NCBI GenBank assembly: GCA_034933245.1
Contig: JAYFNX010000011.1
Span: forward strand, 948 to 64,947
DNA: 64,000 bases
Source of the DNA: Candidatus Pelethousia sp.
Lineage (GTDB): Bacteria > Bacillota > Clostridia > Christensenellales > CAG-138
Direction of reading: 5' to 3'
The position numbers and the translations under genes were made by a program. This document shows positions 9,247-17,857 of the stretch, one piece after another; within the stretch, counting starts at the first letter, position 1; every line of letters starts with the position of its first letter. The notes beneath the pieces are model-generated. The model did no database searches. It saw nothing but the letters and a program-made list of their open reading frames with translations, and was not told the origin of the DNA.

Positions 9247-9654
9247 TTAATGAAGCTGCGTACCGCAATCGCCACAGAACTTGCAGCCTGCGGCGACCAA
9301 CCCGCCGCAGACAGGACAGGTTTTCATAGCCGCTTCAGGCGGAGTGGGCGCGGGCTTGTAGGCCCTCTGCCTGCCCGTGTCCTTCGCACGCTTAATGGCA
9401 TCGATCTCCTCCCGCATGGACTGCATGTTTTCCTGCCGTTCGCGGATGGCCATGCAGATTACCGTGGTGCGCTCATCCATGGCGACGCCGGTTTGAAATT
9501 TTTCCCAAGTATAATCCCCTAAATCAAACTTGTGCTGTTCAATAGCATCCTCCTCGGCATGAATCCTGGAGTTAAGCTTGCCAATTTCCAGAAGATCGTT
9601 TGTCTTTTCTCCCACATTTTTGGCGAAACCGCCTAATTTATTCAGGAAATCCAT
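9247..9654 (-). CDS. Zinc-ribbon domain protein (coiled-coil N-terminus, C-terminal CxxC...CxxC)
   Basis: 135 aa with C-terminal CPVCG...CKFCGDCG. AGAGGTGA RBS is upstream. Confidence 0.7.
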   Translation of the reverse strand: MDFLNKLGGFAKNVGEKTNDLLEIGKLNSRIHAEEDAIEQHKFDLGDYTWEKFQTGVAMDERTTVICMAIRERQENMQSMREEIDAIKRAKDTGRQRAYKPAPTPPEAAMKTCPVCGGLVAAGCKFCGDCGTQLH

Positions 9655-9696
9655 TTCTATTCACCTCTGCAAAAAATACCTAAAAACACATTTTGT

Positions 9697-9725
9697 ATTA
9701 TGCCACAACAGAGCCTGTTTTGCAA
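9697..9725 (-). promoter_or_regulatory. Candidate promoter of the zinc-ribbon gene (-35 TTGCAA, 17 nt, -10 CATAAT)
   Basis: Read on the minus strand: TTGCAA aacaggctctgttgtgg CATAAT. Confidence 0.4.
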
Positions 9726-9930
9726 CCTACCAGATACTTATAGCTCCATTACGCCTAATTAAGAATATGAAAAAGCGGAAAAAAAGGAGACAAACGATTC
9801 TTTGCATAAAAATATCAACAAAAAAAGGCGAACCGACAGGGGCATAGTCCCTAAAGCCAAGCAAAACATCCGGGGATCGCCACATAAGCGAAGAAATGTC
9901 GGTTAATCACCTGCAAATAGGGCATAGGCA

Positions 9931-9970
9931 AACAAGAAAAAGCCCGGCGCATCTTTCAAATGCACCGGGC
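9931..9970 (-). terminator. Rho-independent terminator of nfnAB
   Basis: On the minus strand, GCCCGGTGCAT-loop-ATGCGCCGGGC followed by TTTTTCTTGTTT. Confidence 0.8.
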
Positions 9971-9996
9971 CGTAGGGGGCGAGAACGTATTCGCTA

Positions 9997-11382
9997 TTAT
10001 TTATTTTGAATATATTCGTCGATGCTGTGCGCCGCTTCCTTTCCTGCGCCCATGGCCAGGATGACGGTGGCGGAGCCGGTAACGGCATCGCCGCCAGCAT
10101 AGATGCCATCACGGGTGGTTTTGCCGGCTTCGTCCGTGACGATGCCGCCCTTGCGGGTGGTCTCCAGCCCTGCTGTGGTGGATTTAATAAGAGGATTGGG
10201 GGAAGTACCGATGCTCATGACAACAGTATCCACGGGGATCTCAAATTCGCTGCCGTCCACGGGTATGGGGCGGCGGCGGCCGCTTTCATCGGGCTCACCC
10301 AGCTCCATCTGCAGGCAACGGATAGAACCCACGCCTTTGTTCTCGCCCGCAAGGATGGCAACGGGGTTGGTAAGGGTTTTAAAGATGATCCCTTCTTCCT
10401 TGGCGTGTTCCACCTCTTCGGCACGGGCGGGAAGCTCGGCATCGCTACGGCGATAGACGATATAAACTTCTTCCGCACCCAAACGCTTGGCGCAGCGGGC
10501 GGCATCCATGGCTACGTTGCCGCCACCGACGACAGCAACCTTATGCACCTTGCGGATCGGGGTGGGAGAGCCGGGCTGGTAAGCCTTCATAAGGTTAATA
10601 CGCGTAAGGAACTCATTGGCGGAATAGACGCCGTCCAAATTTTCACCGGGGATATGCATGAAACTGGGCAAGCCTGCGCCGCTGCCGATGAACGCAGCCT
10701 CATAGCCTTCGCTAAAGAGCTCATCCACGGATTCGGTTCTGCCGATGACCACATCGGTTTCAATGGTAACGCCCAGCTTTTTGAGGGTAGCAATTTCAGC
10801 CTGCACGATGCGCTTGGGCAGACGGAATTCGGGAATACCATACATCAGAACGCCGCCGGGGGTATGCAGGGCTTCAAAAACCGTAACGGTATAGCCGCGG
10901 CGGGCCAGCTCACCCGCACAGGTAAGGCCAGCGGGGCCGCTTCCAATGACAGCTACCTTATGGCCGTTCTTTTTAGGCACTTCCACGGCGCCATTCGTAT
11001 GCTCCATGTGCCAATCGGCCACGAAACGCTCCAGGCGGCCGATGCCGACAGGATCGTGCTTAATTCCACGCACGCAAAACTTTTCACATTGGGACTCCTG
11101 GGGGCATACCCGGCCGCAAACTGCCGGAAGGGAGCTGGCCTTGGCGATAACCTGGTAAGCCGCTTCGAAATCCCCTTCGGAAACCTTTTCAATGAAGGCG
11201 GGAATGTCAATTTTTACGGGGCAGCCTTGCACGCAGGGCTTATTCTTGCAATTTAGGCAACGGGCCGCTTCATCCAACGCGGCGGCTTCTGCATAACCTA
11301 AAGCTACCTCGTTAAAGTTCTTGTTGCGAACATCCGCCTCCTGAGCGGGCATGGGGTTTTTATCAGCACGCATGTTGGGCAT
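9997..11382 (-). CDS. nfnB: NADPH-dependent glutamate-synthase-small-subunit-like Fe-S flavoprotein (NfnB type)
   Basis: 461 aa with N-terminal Cys clusters (CLNCKNKPC...GCPV, CGRVCP) and FAD/NAD dinucleotide motifs GSGPAGL and VVGGGNVAMD. It is paired with the 280-aa NfnA-like gene. Confidence 0.75.
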   Translation of the reverse strand: MPNMRADKNPMPAQEADVRNKNFNEVALGYAEAAALDEAARCLNCKNKPCVQGCPVKIDIPAFIEKVSEGDFEAAYQVIAKASSLPAVCGRVCPQESQCEKFCVRGIKHDPVGIGRLERFVADWHMEHTNGAVEVPKKNGHKVAVIGSGPAGLTCAGELARRGYTVTVFEALHTPGGVLMYGIPEFRLPKRIVQAEIATLKKLGVTIETDVVIGRTESVDELFSEGYEAAFIGSGAGLPSFMHIPGENLDGVYSANEFLTRINLMKAYQPGSPTPIRKVHKVAVVGGGNVAMDAARCAKRLGAEEVYIVYRRSDAELPARAEEVEHAKEEGIIFKTLTNPVAILAGENKGVGSIRCLQMELGEPDESGRRRPIPVDGSEFEIPVDTVVMSIGTSPNPLIKSTTAGLETTRKGGIVTDEAGKTTRDGIYAGGDAVTGSATVILAMGAGKEAAHSIDEYIQNK

Positions 11383-11383
11383 A

Positions 11384-12226
11384 TTACTTTACCTCCTTGG
11401 CGAACAGGTTGCAAGCTTCCTCGCGGGCATGGGCCTCAAAATCACGGTAGGCGGCGCCACGCTGCATCGCCTCGTCAAAATCAACCAAATGACCGTCAAA
11501 ATCAGGGCCATCCACGCAGGCAAACTTGGTTTCGCCGCCCACGGTGAGCCGGCAGCAGCCGCACATGCCCGTGCCATCTATCATGATGGGATTCATGCTT
11601 ACCATGGTTTTAATACCAAACTCCTTGGTAAGCTTACATACAAATTTCATCATGATCAAGGGACCGATGGCGATCACTTCATCATACTTTTCTCCGCTTT
11701 CAATAAGCTGGCGCAGGGCGTCCGTCACCAGGCCCTTTGTTCCCCAAGTTCCGTCGTCACTCATCTTTTTAACCAAGGCGCTAACGGCGTCGAACTCTTT
11801 TTCCAGAATGACAAGATCCTGGCAGCGGAAACCTATAATGGAATGAACATCGCAGCCTTGCTCATGCAATTTTTTCGCTACGGGGTAGGCGATGGCGCAA
11901 CCAACGCCGCCTCCCACCACGGCCACTTTCTTGAGGCCTTCGGTATGGGTGGGCGTGCCAAGGGGCCCGACAAAATCGGGCAGATACTCGCCTGCTTTTT
12001 TATGGGCCAGTTTGATGGTCGTACCGCCTACCAACTGATATATGATGGTAATGGTGCCTTGGTCCCTATCAAAGTCAGCTACGGTAAGGGGAATGCGTTC
12101 ACCCTCATCTTCCACCCGCAGAATAATGAATTGGCCGGGCTGGGCCTTTGCGGCCACTCGCGGCGCACGCACAACCATACGGGATACCGTGGGGTTTAGC
12201 GGTTCATTTAGTACAATCTCAAACAC
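11384..12226 (-). CDS. nfnA: Ferredoxin-NADP reductase-like FAD/[2Fe-2S] subunit (NfnA / sulfide dehydrogenase SudB type)
   Basis: 280 aa with an FNR-like fold and C-terminal Cys cluster GMCGCCR...C. It lies 1 nt upstream of nfnB. GTG start with GGAGGA upstream. Confidence 0.75.
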   Translation of the reverse strand: MFEIVLNEPLNPTVSRMVVRAPRVAAKAQPGQFIILRVEDEGERIPLTVADFDRDQGTITIIYQLVGGTTIKLAHKKAGEYLPDFVGPLGTPTHTEGLKKVAVVGGGVGCAIAYPVAKKLHEQGCDVHSIIGFRCQDLVILEKEFDAVSALVKKMSDDGTWGTKGLVTDALRQLIESGEKYDEVIAIGPLIMMKFVCKLTKEFGIKTMVSMNPIMIDGTGMCGCCRLTVGGETKFACVDGPDFDGHLVDFDEAMQRGAAYRDFEAHAREEACNLFAKEVK

Positions 12227-12527
12227 AGCTCCAAATCCTCCATAAAATGTTGTTCTCCGGGCAAAGCGCAGTTCACCCGTACAGGAACAAAAGGCTAGCC
12301 TTATTTTGCCGCCTGTATCCTGAAACCATCCTTATTGTAATCGTTCCCCGATATAATGTAAAGGGGCCCTGCAATATGCTTTTCCAATAGGTGCTGGGCG
12401 ATTCCGGCCCGGCCGGAGTTGAAGCAATAGAAGGGACATGCGCAAACCAAAATGAATAAAAATTCCTATATACAATTAAAATATGCAAAAAATCCCGGGA
12501 AAAACGAATAATATTTTAAATTAGGGG

Positions 12528-12557
12528 TTGATTTATGCATATAGTATGTATTATAAT
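12528..12557 (+). promoter_or_regulatory. Candidate sigma-A promoter of the amino-acid ABC operon (-35 TTGATT, 18 nt, -10 TATAAT)
   Basis: TTGATT at 12528-12533 and TATAAT at 12552-12557. Confidence 0.5.
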
Positions 12558-12623
12558 AAATTTCATCAACCGGAGAACCGGGAGATAGTTAGCCTTAGAA
12601 ATATTTATTTGGAGGATAATATC

Positions 12624-13493
12624 ATGAAGAATCTGAAACTGATCCTAGCGATTCTGATGGCAGCCATGCTGCTTTGCGTAGGTTGCGCCAGCGCACCCGC
12701 AAACGCGCCTGCTGAGCCCGTTGCCGAAGAGCCCGCAGCTGAGGAAAGCGGAGAGCCCGCCGCTGAGCCCGCTGCAGAAGGCAGCACCCCTACCGTGGAT
12801 AAGATTAAGGCTGCCGGCAAGATGGTAATGCTTACCAACGCAGGATTCGCGCCCTATGAGTTCCTGGGCGATGACAACAGCGTCATCGGCGTGGATGTGG
12901 AAATTGCAAAGGCTATCGCCGCCGAAATGGGCGTGGAGCTGGAGGTTGTGGATATGGATTTTGACGGCATTATTATTGCTGTCCAGTCCGGCAAGGGCGA
13001 TCTCGGTATCGCCGGCATGACCAACACCGAAGAGCGTAGCCAAACGGTGGATTTTTCCGTGAACTATGTGGATTCCCTGCAGATGATCATCGTGCCTGAG
13101 GGCAGCGCCATCACCGGCCCCGCCGATTTGAGTGGAAAGACCGTGGGCGTGCAGATGGGTACTACCGGCGACCTGTTTGTTACCGACAGTGCAACGGGTG
13201 TGAATGTACAGCGCTATAAAACTGGCCCCGATGCCGGCGCTGAGCTGGCCGCAGGCAAACTGGATGCCGTCGTGATCGATGCGGGCCCCGCCGCCCAAAT
13301 CGCCAAAGCCAATCCCGGTCTGGTTGTGCTGGAGACCCCGGCTACCGACGAGCCCGAGCAGTATGCCATTGCCATCGCCAAAGGCAATGAGGACCTGAAG
13401 ACCTTGGTGGACAGCGTGCTGGAGAAGCTCATTGCGGATGGTCAGATCCAGGCTTGGATCGACGAATATAACGTGATTGCAGCGGGAGAGTAA
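12624..13493 (+). CDS. Polar amino-acid ABC transporter substrate-binding lipoprotein
   Basis: ATG at 12624 with GGAGG at 12611. Lipobox CVGC, an Ala/Glu/Pro linker, then a type-3 SBP domain (DFDGIIIAVQSGKGDLGIAGMT). Confidence 0.85.
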   Translation: MKNLKLILAILMAAMLLCVGCASAPANAPAEPVAEEPAAEESGEPAAEPAAEGSTPTVDKIKAAGKMVMLTNAGFAPYEFLGDDNSVIGVDVEIAKAIAAEMGVELEVVDMDFDGIIIAVQSGKGDLGIAGMTNTEERSQTVDFSVNYVDSLQMIIVPEGSAITGPADLSGKTVGVQMGTTGDLFVTDSATGVNVQRYKTGPDAGAELAAGKLDAVVIDAGPAAQIAKANPGLVVLETPATDEPEQYAIAIAKGNEDLKTLVDSVLEKLIADGQIQAWIDEYNVIAAGE

Positions 13494-13530
13494 ACCCGTG
13501 CGTAAAGGACGCTTGACAATTTGATGCTAC

Positions 13531-13561
13531 GAAACAGAGGAAACGTCCTTTCCTCTGTTTC
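13531..13561 (+). terminator. Hairpin after the SBP gene (partial terminator)
   Basis: gaaacagaggaaa / cgtcc / tttcctctgtttc followed by ttct. Confidence 0.6.
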
Positions 13562-13600
13562 TTCTATAACGACACATCCAAGCGAACCATAGGGGGACAC

Positions 13601-14323
13601 ATGTGGGATAATTTTGCACAACAGCTCTATGATAATATCATCCGCAACGAGAGATGGATTATGTACCTGGACGGCCTCAAGAATACGCTGCTCCTGACTT
13701 TGGGCGCTGCCGCCATCGGGATCGTGCTGGGAAGCCTTGTGGCCATCTGCAAGGTATATCTCAAGAACGAAAAGAAGCCGCGCAATCTCTTCGCCCAATG
13801 GCTGGATCGACTGCTGGGTTTCCTTTGCGATTTGTATCTCACCATTATCCGTGGTACGCCTATGATGGTGCAGGTGCTTATCTTCTGCTGGATTATCTTT
13901 GCCAAGTTCCCCATTTCCATGAATTTCTACGCCGCCATGATCGCCTTCGGCATTAATTCTGGTGCGTATGTTGCGGAAATCGTGCGGGCAGGCATCAATG
14001 CCGTCAACATCGGGCAGACGGAAGCCGGCCGGAGCTTGGGCCTCACAGGAGGCATGACCATGCGGTTTATCGTGCTCCCGCAGGCCATTAAAAATATTCT
14101 GCCCGCGCTGGCCAACGAAGCCATTATGCTGGTGAAGGAAACGGCTATCGTGGGCTATGCGGCCCAGCAAGACATCACCTATGTGGCAACCATGATCCGG
14201 TCCCGCACCTATAGCCCGGTACCCCTGCTGTTTATCGCGCTGGTATATCTCATCATCGTGATGCTGATGACCTATGGCACCCGGAAATTGGAGAGGAGGC
14301 TGGCAAGAAGTGATAGAAGTTAA
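13601..14323 (+). CDS. Amino-acid ABC transporter permease (His/Glu/Gln/Arg/opine family)
   Basis: 240 aa, polytopic, with EAA-like loop [12 protein letters not shown]. Confidence 0.85.
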   Translation: MWDNFAQQLYDNIIRNERWIMYLDGLKNTLLLTLGAAAIGIVLGSLVAICKVYLKNEKKPRNLFAQWLDRLLGFLCDLYLTIIRGTPMMVQVLIFCWIIFAKFPISMNFYAAMIAFGINSGAYVAEIVRAGINAVNIGQTEAGRSLGLTGGMTMRFIVLPQAIKNILPALANEAIMLVKETAIVGYAAQQDITYVATMIRSRTYSPVPLLFIALVYLIIVMLMTYGTRKLERRLARSDRS

Positions 14324-15032
14324 GAATTTACACAAATATTTCGGTCAAATCGAGGCGGTAAAGGGTGTGGATCTCTCTATCGCCAAAGGGGAGAAGATCG
14401 TTATCATAGGGCCGAGCGGCTGCGGAAAGAGCACCTTCCTTCGCTGCTTGAACCTTCTGGAAGAACCCACCGGCGGGGAGATCTGGTTCGAGGGCGCGCT
14501 GCTCAACGACCCCAAATGCGATGTGAACAAGCTCCGCCAAAAAATGGGCATGGTATTTCAGCAGTTTAATCTGTTCCCCCATATGACGATTCGAGAAAAC
14601 ATTACCCTGGCGCCCATCAAGCTAAATTTGATGACGCCGGAAAAGGCCAAGGAAAACGCCGAGGCGCTTCTTGGCCGCATCGGCCTGCTGGACAAGGCGG
14701 ATGTCTATCCAGCCCAGCTTTCCGGCGGCCAACAGCAGCGCATCGCTATCATACGAGCGCTGGCCATGAATCCGGATGTCATGCTTTTTGATGAACCAAC
14801 CAGCGCCCTCGATCCCGAAATGGTAGGGGAGGTGCTGGATGTTATGAAGGAGCTGGCCCATGAAGGGATGACCATGGTGGTGGTTACCCATGAGATGGGC
14901 TTTGCCAGGGAAGTAGCCAGCCGGGTCCTGTTCATGGATGGCGGCCAAATGGTTGAACAGGGAACACCGCAGGAAGTCTTCGACCATCCTAAGAGCGAGC
15001 GGCTTCAAAGTTTCCTGGCAAAGGTGCTTTAA
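14310..15032 (+). CDS. Amino-acid ABC transporter ATP-binding protein
   Basis: GTG at 14310 with GAGAGGAGG at 14291-14299. Walker [10 protein letters not shown], signature LSGGQQQR, Walker [12 protein letters not shown]. Confidence 0.9.
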   Translation: MIEVKNLHKYFGQIEAVKGVDLSIAKGEKIVIIGPSGCGKSTFLRCLNLLEEPTGGEIWFEGALLNDPKCDVNKLRQKMGMVFQQFNLFPHMTIRENITLAPIKLNLMTPEKAKENAEALLGRIGLLDKADVYPAQLSGGQQQRIAIIRALAMNPDVMLFDEPTSALDPEMVGEVLDVMKELAHEGMTMVVVTHEMGFAREVASRVLFMDGGQMVEQGTPQEVFDHPKSERLQSFLAKVL

Positions 15033-15113
15033 GTAGAAAAAAGCGGAGGCCAACCTTGGAAAGCCATCCGCATACAAACCTTACCGCCCGAATTGAGCGG
15101 TTCCTTCCTAAAT

Positions 15114-15151
15114 GGTTTGGCCCGGCACGCTTTTTGCGCACCGGGCCAAAC
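15114..15151. terminator. Bidirectional hairpin between convergent ABC ATPase and dut
   Basis: gtttggcccgg ... ccgggccaaac, T-rich on the plus side. Confidence 0.6.
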
Positions 15152-15655
15152 TTATTTCTCGCTGCTGCCAAGTTTTCCTCCGCCGCGCTCCGAGGCCATT
15201 GCGCAAAGGGCGTCGTAGGAAACCTCCCGCACTTCCGTTTTGGGCACGGGCAGAAGCACCATCTGGGCAATGGCTTTTTCCGCAGGATATAAAAGGCAGG
15301 CACCCGCGTCCACCTCGTCCGCCAAGCGTTTCCTGGCAGCAGGCTTGGCGATATACAGGGGTAGGTTGTTATGGTTGGTAACGGGAATAAACCACTCTCC
15401 CCGGTATCCGCTATCAATCACCCCACAGCGCTGGCCAATGCCTTGGGTTCCGGATGAACCACGCTCATGAATTTGAAAATAATAATCCGGCGAGCAGGCG
15501 CTTGCAATGCCGGTAGGCAGGGCGCGTGTTTCATGCGGGTCCAAGCGGAGCGCATCGTCCTCCAGGCGGATGTAGATATCATACCCCGCATCTTCCGCCC
15601 GTTTAGAAGGAAGAACGGCATCCGGCCGAAGTTTGGAAAAATAAAGGGTTTCCAT
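15152..15655 (-). CDS. dut: dUTPase module; may also be translated on its own from an internal start
   Basis: All five dUTPase motifs are present (AGYDIY, ERGSSG, GVIDSGYRGE, IAQMVL, RGGGKLGSS). The ATG at 15655 is preceded by AAGGAGG with a 5-nt spacer, but no stop codon separates it from the upstream XdhC frame. Confidence 0.6.
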   Translation of the reverse strand: METLYFSKLRPDAVLPSKRAEDAGYDIYIRLEDDALRLDPHETRALPTGIASACSPDYYFQIHERGSSGTQGIGQRCGVIDSGYRGEWFIPVTNHNNLPLYIAKPAARKRLADEVDAGACLLYPAEKAIAQMVLLPVPKTEVREVSYDALCAMASERGGGKLGSSEK

Positions 15656-16690
15656 AGGGCCTCCTTGTTTAAGATGGGTTTCAAATAGGACTTGCCCGGC
15701 CCGGTGTGCAATGAGCTCGGCAGCAATGCTGATGGCAATTTCCGCAGGGGTTTCCGCCAGGATAGGCAGGCCGATTGGGTTGTGAATGCGGCCAATGTCC
15801 CCTTCGGAGAAGCCGGCAGCCAAAAGCGCTGCACGAGTAGCGGCCATTCTGGAACGGCTACCGATGAGCCCGATGTACTGGGCGGGTGAGCGAAGGGATT
15901 GAGCAAGAACCGCGTGGTCCGCCGCATGCCCCCGCGTCATGATGACGATAGAATCCTGGGGCCGTAGGCGCAGCGTTTGTTCAAAAGAGGAAAAATCCCC
16001 CAAAAGAACCTTGGTTGCGCAGGGAAAGAGACGCTTTTGGGCAAACGCGGGCCTGTCCTCAAAAACAACGGGACGGAACTCCAAATGCGCCAATACGCGA
16101 ACGAGCTCTCGCGCAATATGCCCGCCGCCGAAAATATATACGTACCCCGAGCGAACCAGCGGGTTAAGAAAGAAGAAGGAATCGCTTTGTGTTTCCCAAA
16201 GCAACGGTGCCCTGCATGCAAGGGATTCCAATACAACCGGCAAGGGGTCGCCAAAGCGCAGTTGACCGTCCATTCCATATAGCCCCGCACGCCAGGAATC
16301 TCCAGGGCCAGCCTGTAAAGCCAGCCAAACATCCGCATCGTCCACAAGCGCAGAGGCTATCGCTTCAAAGAAAGGCGCTCGACTGGGCGCGCAATGCTGA
16401 AAGAAAATCCATACGCACCCCATATCCGGGGAAGAACCGCCCGCTGGGGGAGAGACGGAGAAGGAGCCGATAAAGGAGCGCCGCACCGCAAGGGCTTCCC
16501 TAGCTTTCTCCCCTGCCAAATGCTCCATAACGCCCCCGCCGATGGTGCCCACCGCTTCCCCGTTTTGCAGCAGAGCCATCATCGCCCCCGGGCCTCTTGG
16601 AACGGAGCCCTGGCTTTTTACCACGGTGCACAAAAGGGCCTCCCGGTCGGCCACAAGCTCTGCGGCCAGGGTTTGAAACAGCTTTTGCAT
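15152..16690 (-). CDS. XdhC/YqeB-like molybdenum-hydroxylase maturation protein fused in frame to dUTPase
   Basis: The N-terminal half has XdhC/CoxI motifs (VVKSQGSVPRGPGAMM, GTIGGG) and the XdhC Rossmann domain (YIFGGGHIAREL). The C-terminal 167 aa is the dUTPase. ATG at 16690 with GGGGAGG 5 nt upstream. The GTG at 16696 is too close to the SD. Confidence 0.8.
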   Translation of the reverse strand: MQKLFQTLAAELVADREALLCTVVKSQGSVPRGPGAMMALLQNGEAVGTIGGGVMEHLAGEKAREALAVRRSFIGSFSVSPPAGGSSPDMGCVWIFFQHCAPSRAPFFEAIASALVDDADVWLALQAGPGDSWRAGLYGMDGQLRFGDPLPVVLESLACRAPLLWETQSDSFFFLNPLVRSGYVYIFGGGHIARELVRVLAHLEFRPVVFEDRPAFAQKRLFPCATKVLLGDFSSFEQTLRLRPQDSIVIMTRGHAADHAVLAQSLRSPAQYIGLIGSRSRMAATRAALLAAGFSEGDIGRIHNPIGLPILAETPAEIAISIAAELIAHRAGQVLFETHLKQGGPMETLYFSKLRPDAVLPSKRAEDAGYDIYIRLEDDALRLDPHETRALPTGIASACSPDYYFQIHERGSSGTQGIGQRCGVIDSGYRGEWFIPVTNHNNLPLYIAKPAARKRLADEVDAGACLLYPAEKAIAQMVLLPVPKTEVREVSYDALCAMASERGGGKLGSSEK

Positions 16691-16946
16691 GCACACCTCC
16701 CCAAACGATTGCTTCTCCTATCATAGCACGAGGAAAAGAATTCGGGAAGGGACGCCGTAACCAGGGGTCCGCAACCAAAAGAATGGCTTATTGGAAGGGG
16801 TGCTATGAATATAAAAATACCGGCGCGAAAAACAGGGGCACAACTTTCCTTCCCGCTGCGATTACATGGCCCATTCCGCTTCGCAAACGGAACTGGAAAA
16901 AAGCAAACATGGTTTTAGGCGCTCCGCACCTGCGACCACCCTTTGC

Positions 16947-17681
16947 CTAAAAGAAGGGATAGACCGCTGCGTTAAACCAGCGATAGCCCAAGTCATATTC
17001 AGGCAGTATGTTTAAATCCATCAATAGGCCCGCCAGGCCCCAAAGCAGACCCAGAACGGCCATTAGGAGAAGAAATATAAACAACACGCCAAAAAAACGT
17101 TTGAAGGGGGAAGTTCGCCGGATAAGCGGCTCGTCATCCCAAACCGAATCCTCCTCGTCGCTGAAAAGGAGGGGTATGGAAGGGGACGAGGCAGGCGCCG
17201 CCTCCAGAGGGGGAGGGCTATCCTCTGTTTGTAAATCATCATCCGCCTCAAAATTCGGTTCGGAGGGGATGGCAAGGTCTTCACACGCCAAAACACAGGC
17301 CGTTGGCGAATCCTCCTCCACACAAGGGCCCGTGGGAACCTCTTTGGGAACTGGGGGCTGAAGGGGGCCCGCAGAACGCAAGACAGGCTGGGGCGACAAG
17401 GGAGGCAGCGGCTGTGCCGGCTTGGCCAAAGCCGCTTGGGAGGCCTGGGACCGGGCCAGGCTAATAAGCCAGTCCTCCATATCGGAGGGGGTATAACCCG
17501 CGGCAATGGATTGGAGGGCTTGGGTGAGAATTCGTTTTGAAAAGGCCGTGGCCTCCTCCGGACTTCCCAGGTAGGCAAGGCCTATATCCTGGACCGTATG
17601 GGCATATTGGACGATCCATGCCCGAATAGCATCGGCATCGCCTTTGCGCAAAGCAGCAAGGCGATCTTCTGATTGCTCCAT
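16947..17681 (-). CDS. Hypothetical membrane-anchored protein with sigma-70 region-2-like N-terminus
   Basis: ATG at 17681 with AAAGGGGGG upstream. The N-terminal 80 aa resembles ECF sigma region 2 (LRKGDADAIRAWIVQYAHTV...). A Pro/acidic low-complexity linker and one C-terminal TM helix follow. Confidence 0.55.
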   Translation of the reverse strand: MEQSEDRLAALRKGDADAIRAWIVQYAHTVQDIGLAYLGSPEEATAFSKRILTQALQSIAAGYTPSDMEDWLISLARSQASQAALAKPAQPLPPLSPQPVLRSAGPLQPPVPKEVPTGPCVEEDSPTACVLACEDLAIPSEPNFEADDDLQTEDSPPPLEAAPASSPSIPLLFSDEEDSVWDDEPLIRRTSPFKRFFGVLFIFLLLMAVLGLLWGLAGLLMDLNILPEYDLGYRWFNAAVYPFF

Positions 17682-17782
17682 GGCCGCGCCCCCCCTTTCG
17701 ACAAAATTCTGCACAAACAATTATATAGCTTTTCTGCCATTGCCGCAACGGAAAAGCCCGGATAAAGGGCAAGACAAACGCG

Positions 17783-17818
17783 TAAAATAGCACAGCGCTG
17801 GGGCGAACCCAAGCGCTG
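17783..17818 (-). terminator. Rho-independent terminator of selD
   Basis: On the minus strand, CAGCGCTTGGG-TTCG-CCCCAGCGCTG followed by TGCTATTTTA. Confidence 0.6.
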
Positions 17819-17857
17819 CCGATATTTTATGCAGTTTAAAGTAGACGCCCGGAAGGC

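Noticed and set aside
9766-9846. Highly basic 26-aa mini-ORF (MKKRKKRRQTILCIKISTKKGEPTGA) in the nfnB / zinc-ribbon intergenic region.
   Set aside because: It is derived from an A-rich tract, has no SD, and lies in a region better explained as terminator and promoter spacer.
16691-16696. GTG at 16696 offered by the ORF track as the XdhC-like start.
   Set aside because: It directly abuts the GGGGAGG Shine-Dalgarno sequence. The ATG at 16690 has proper 5-nt spacing.
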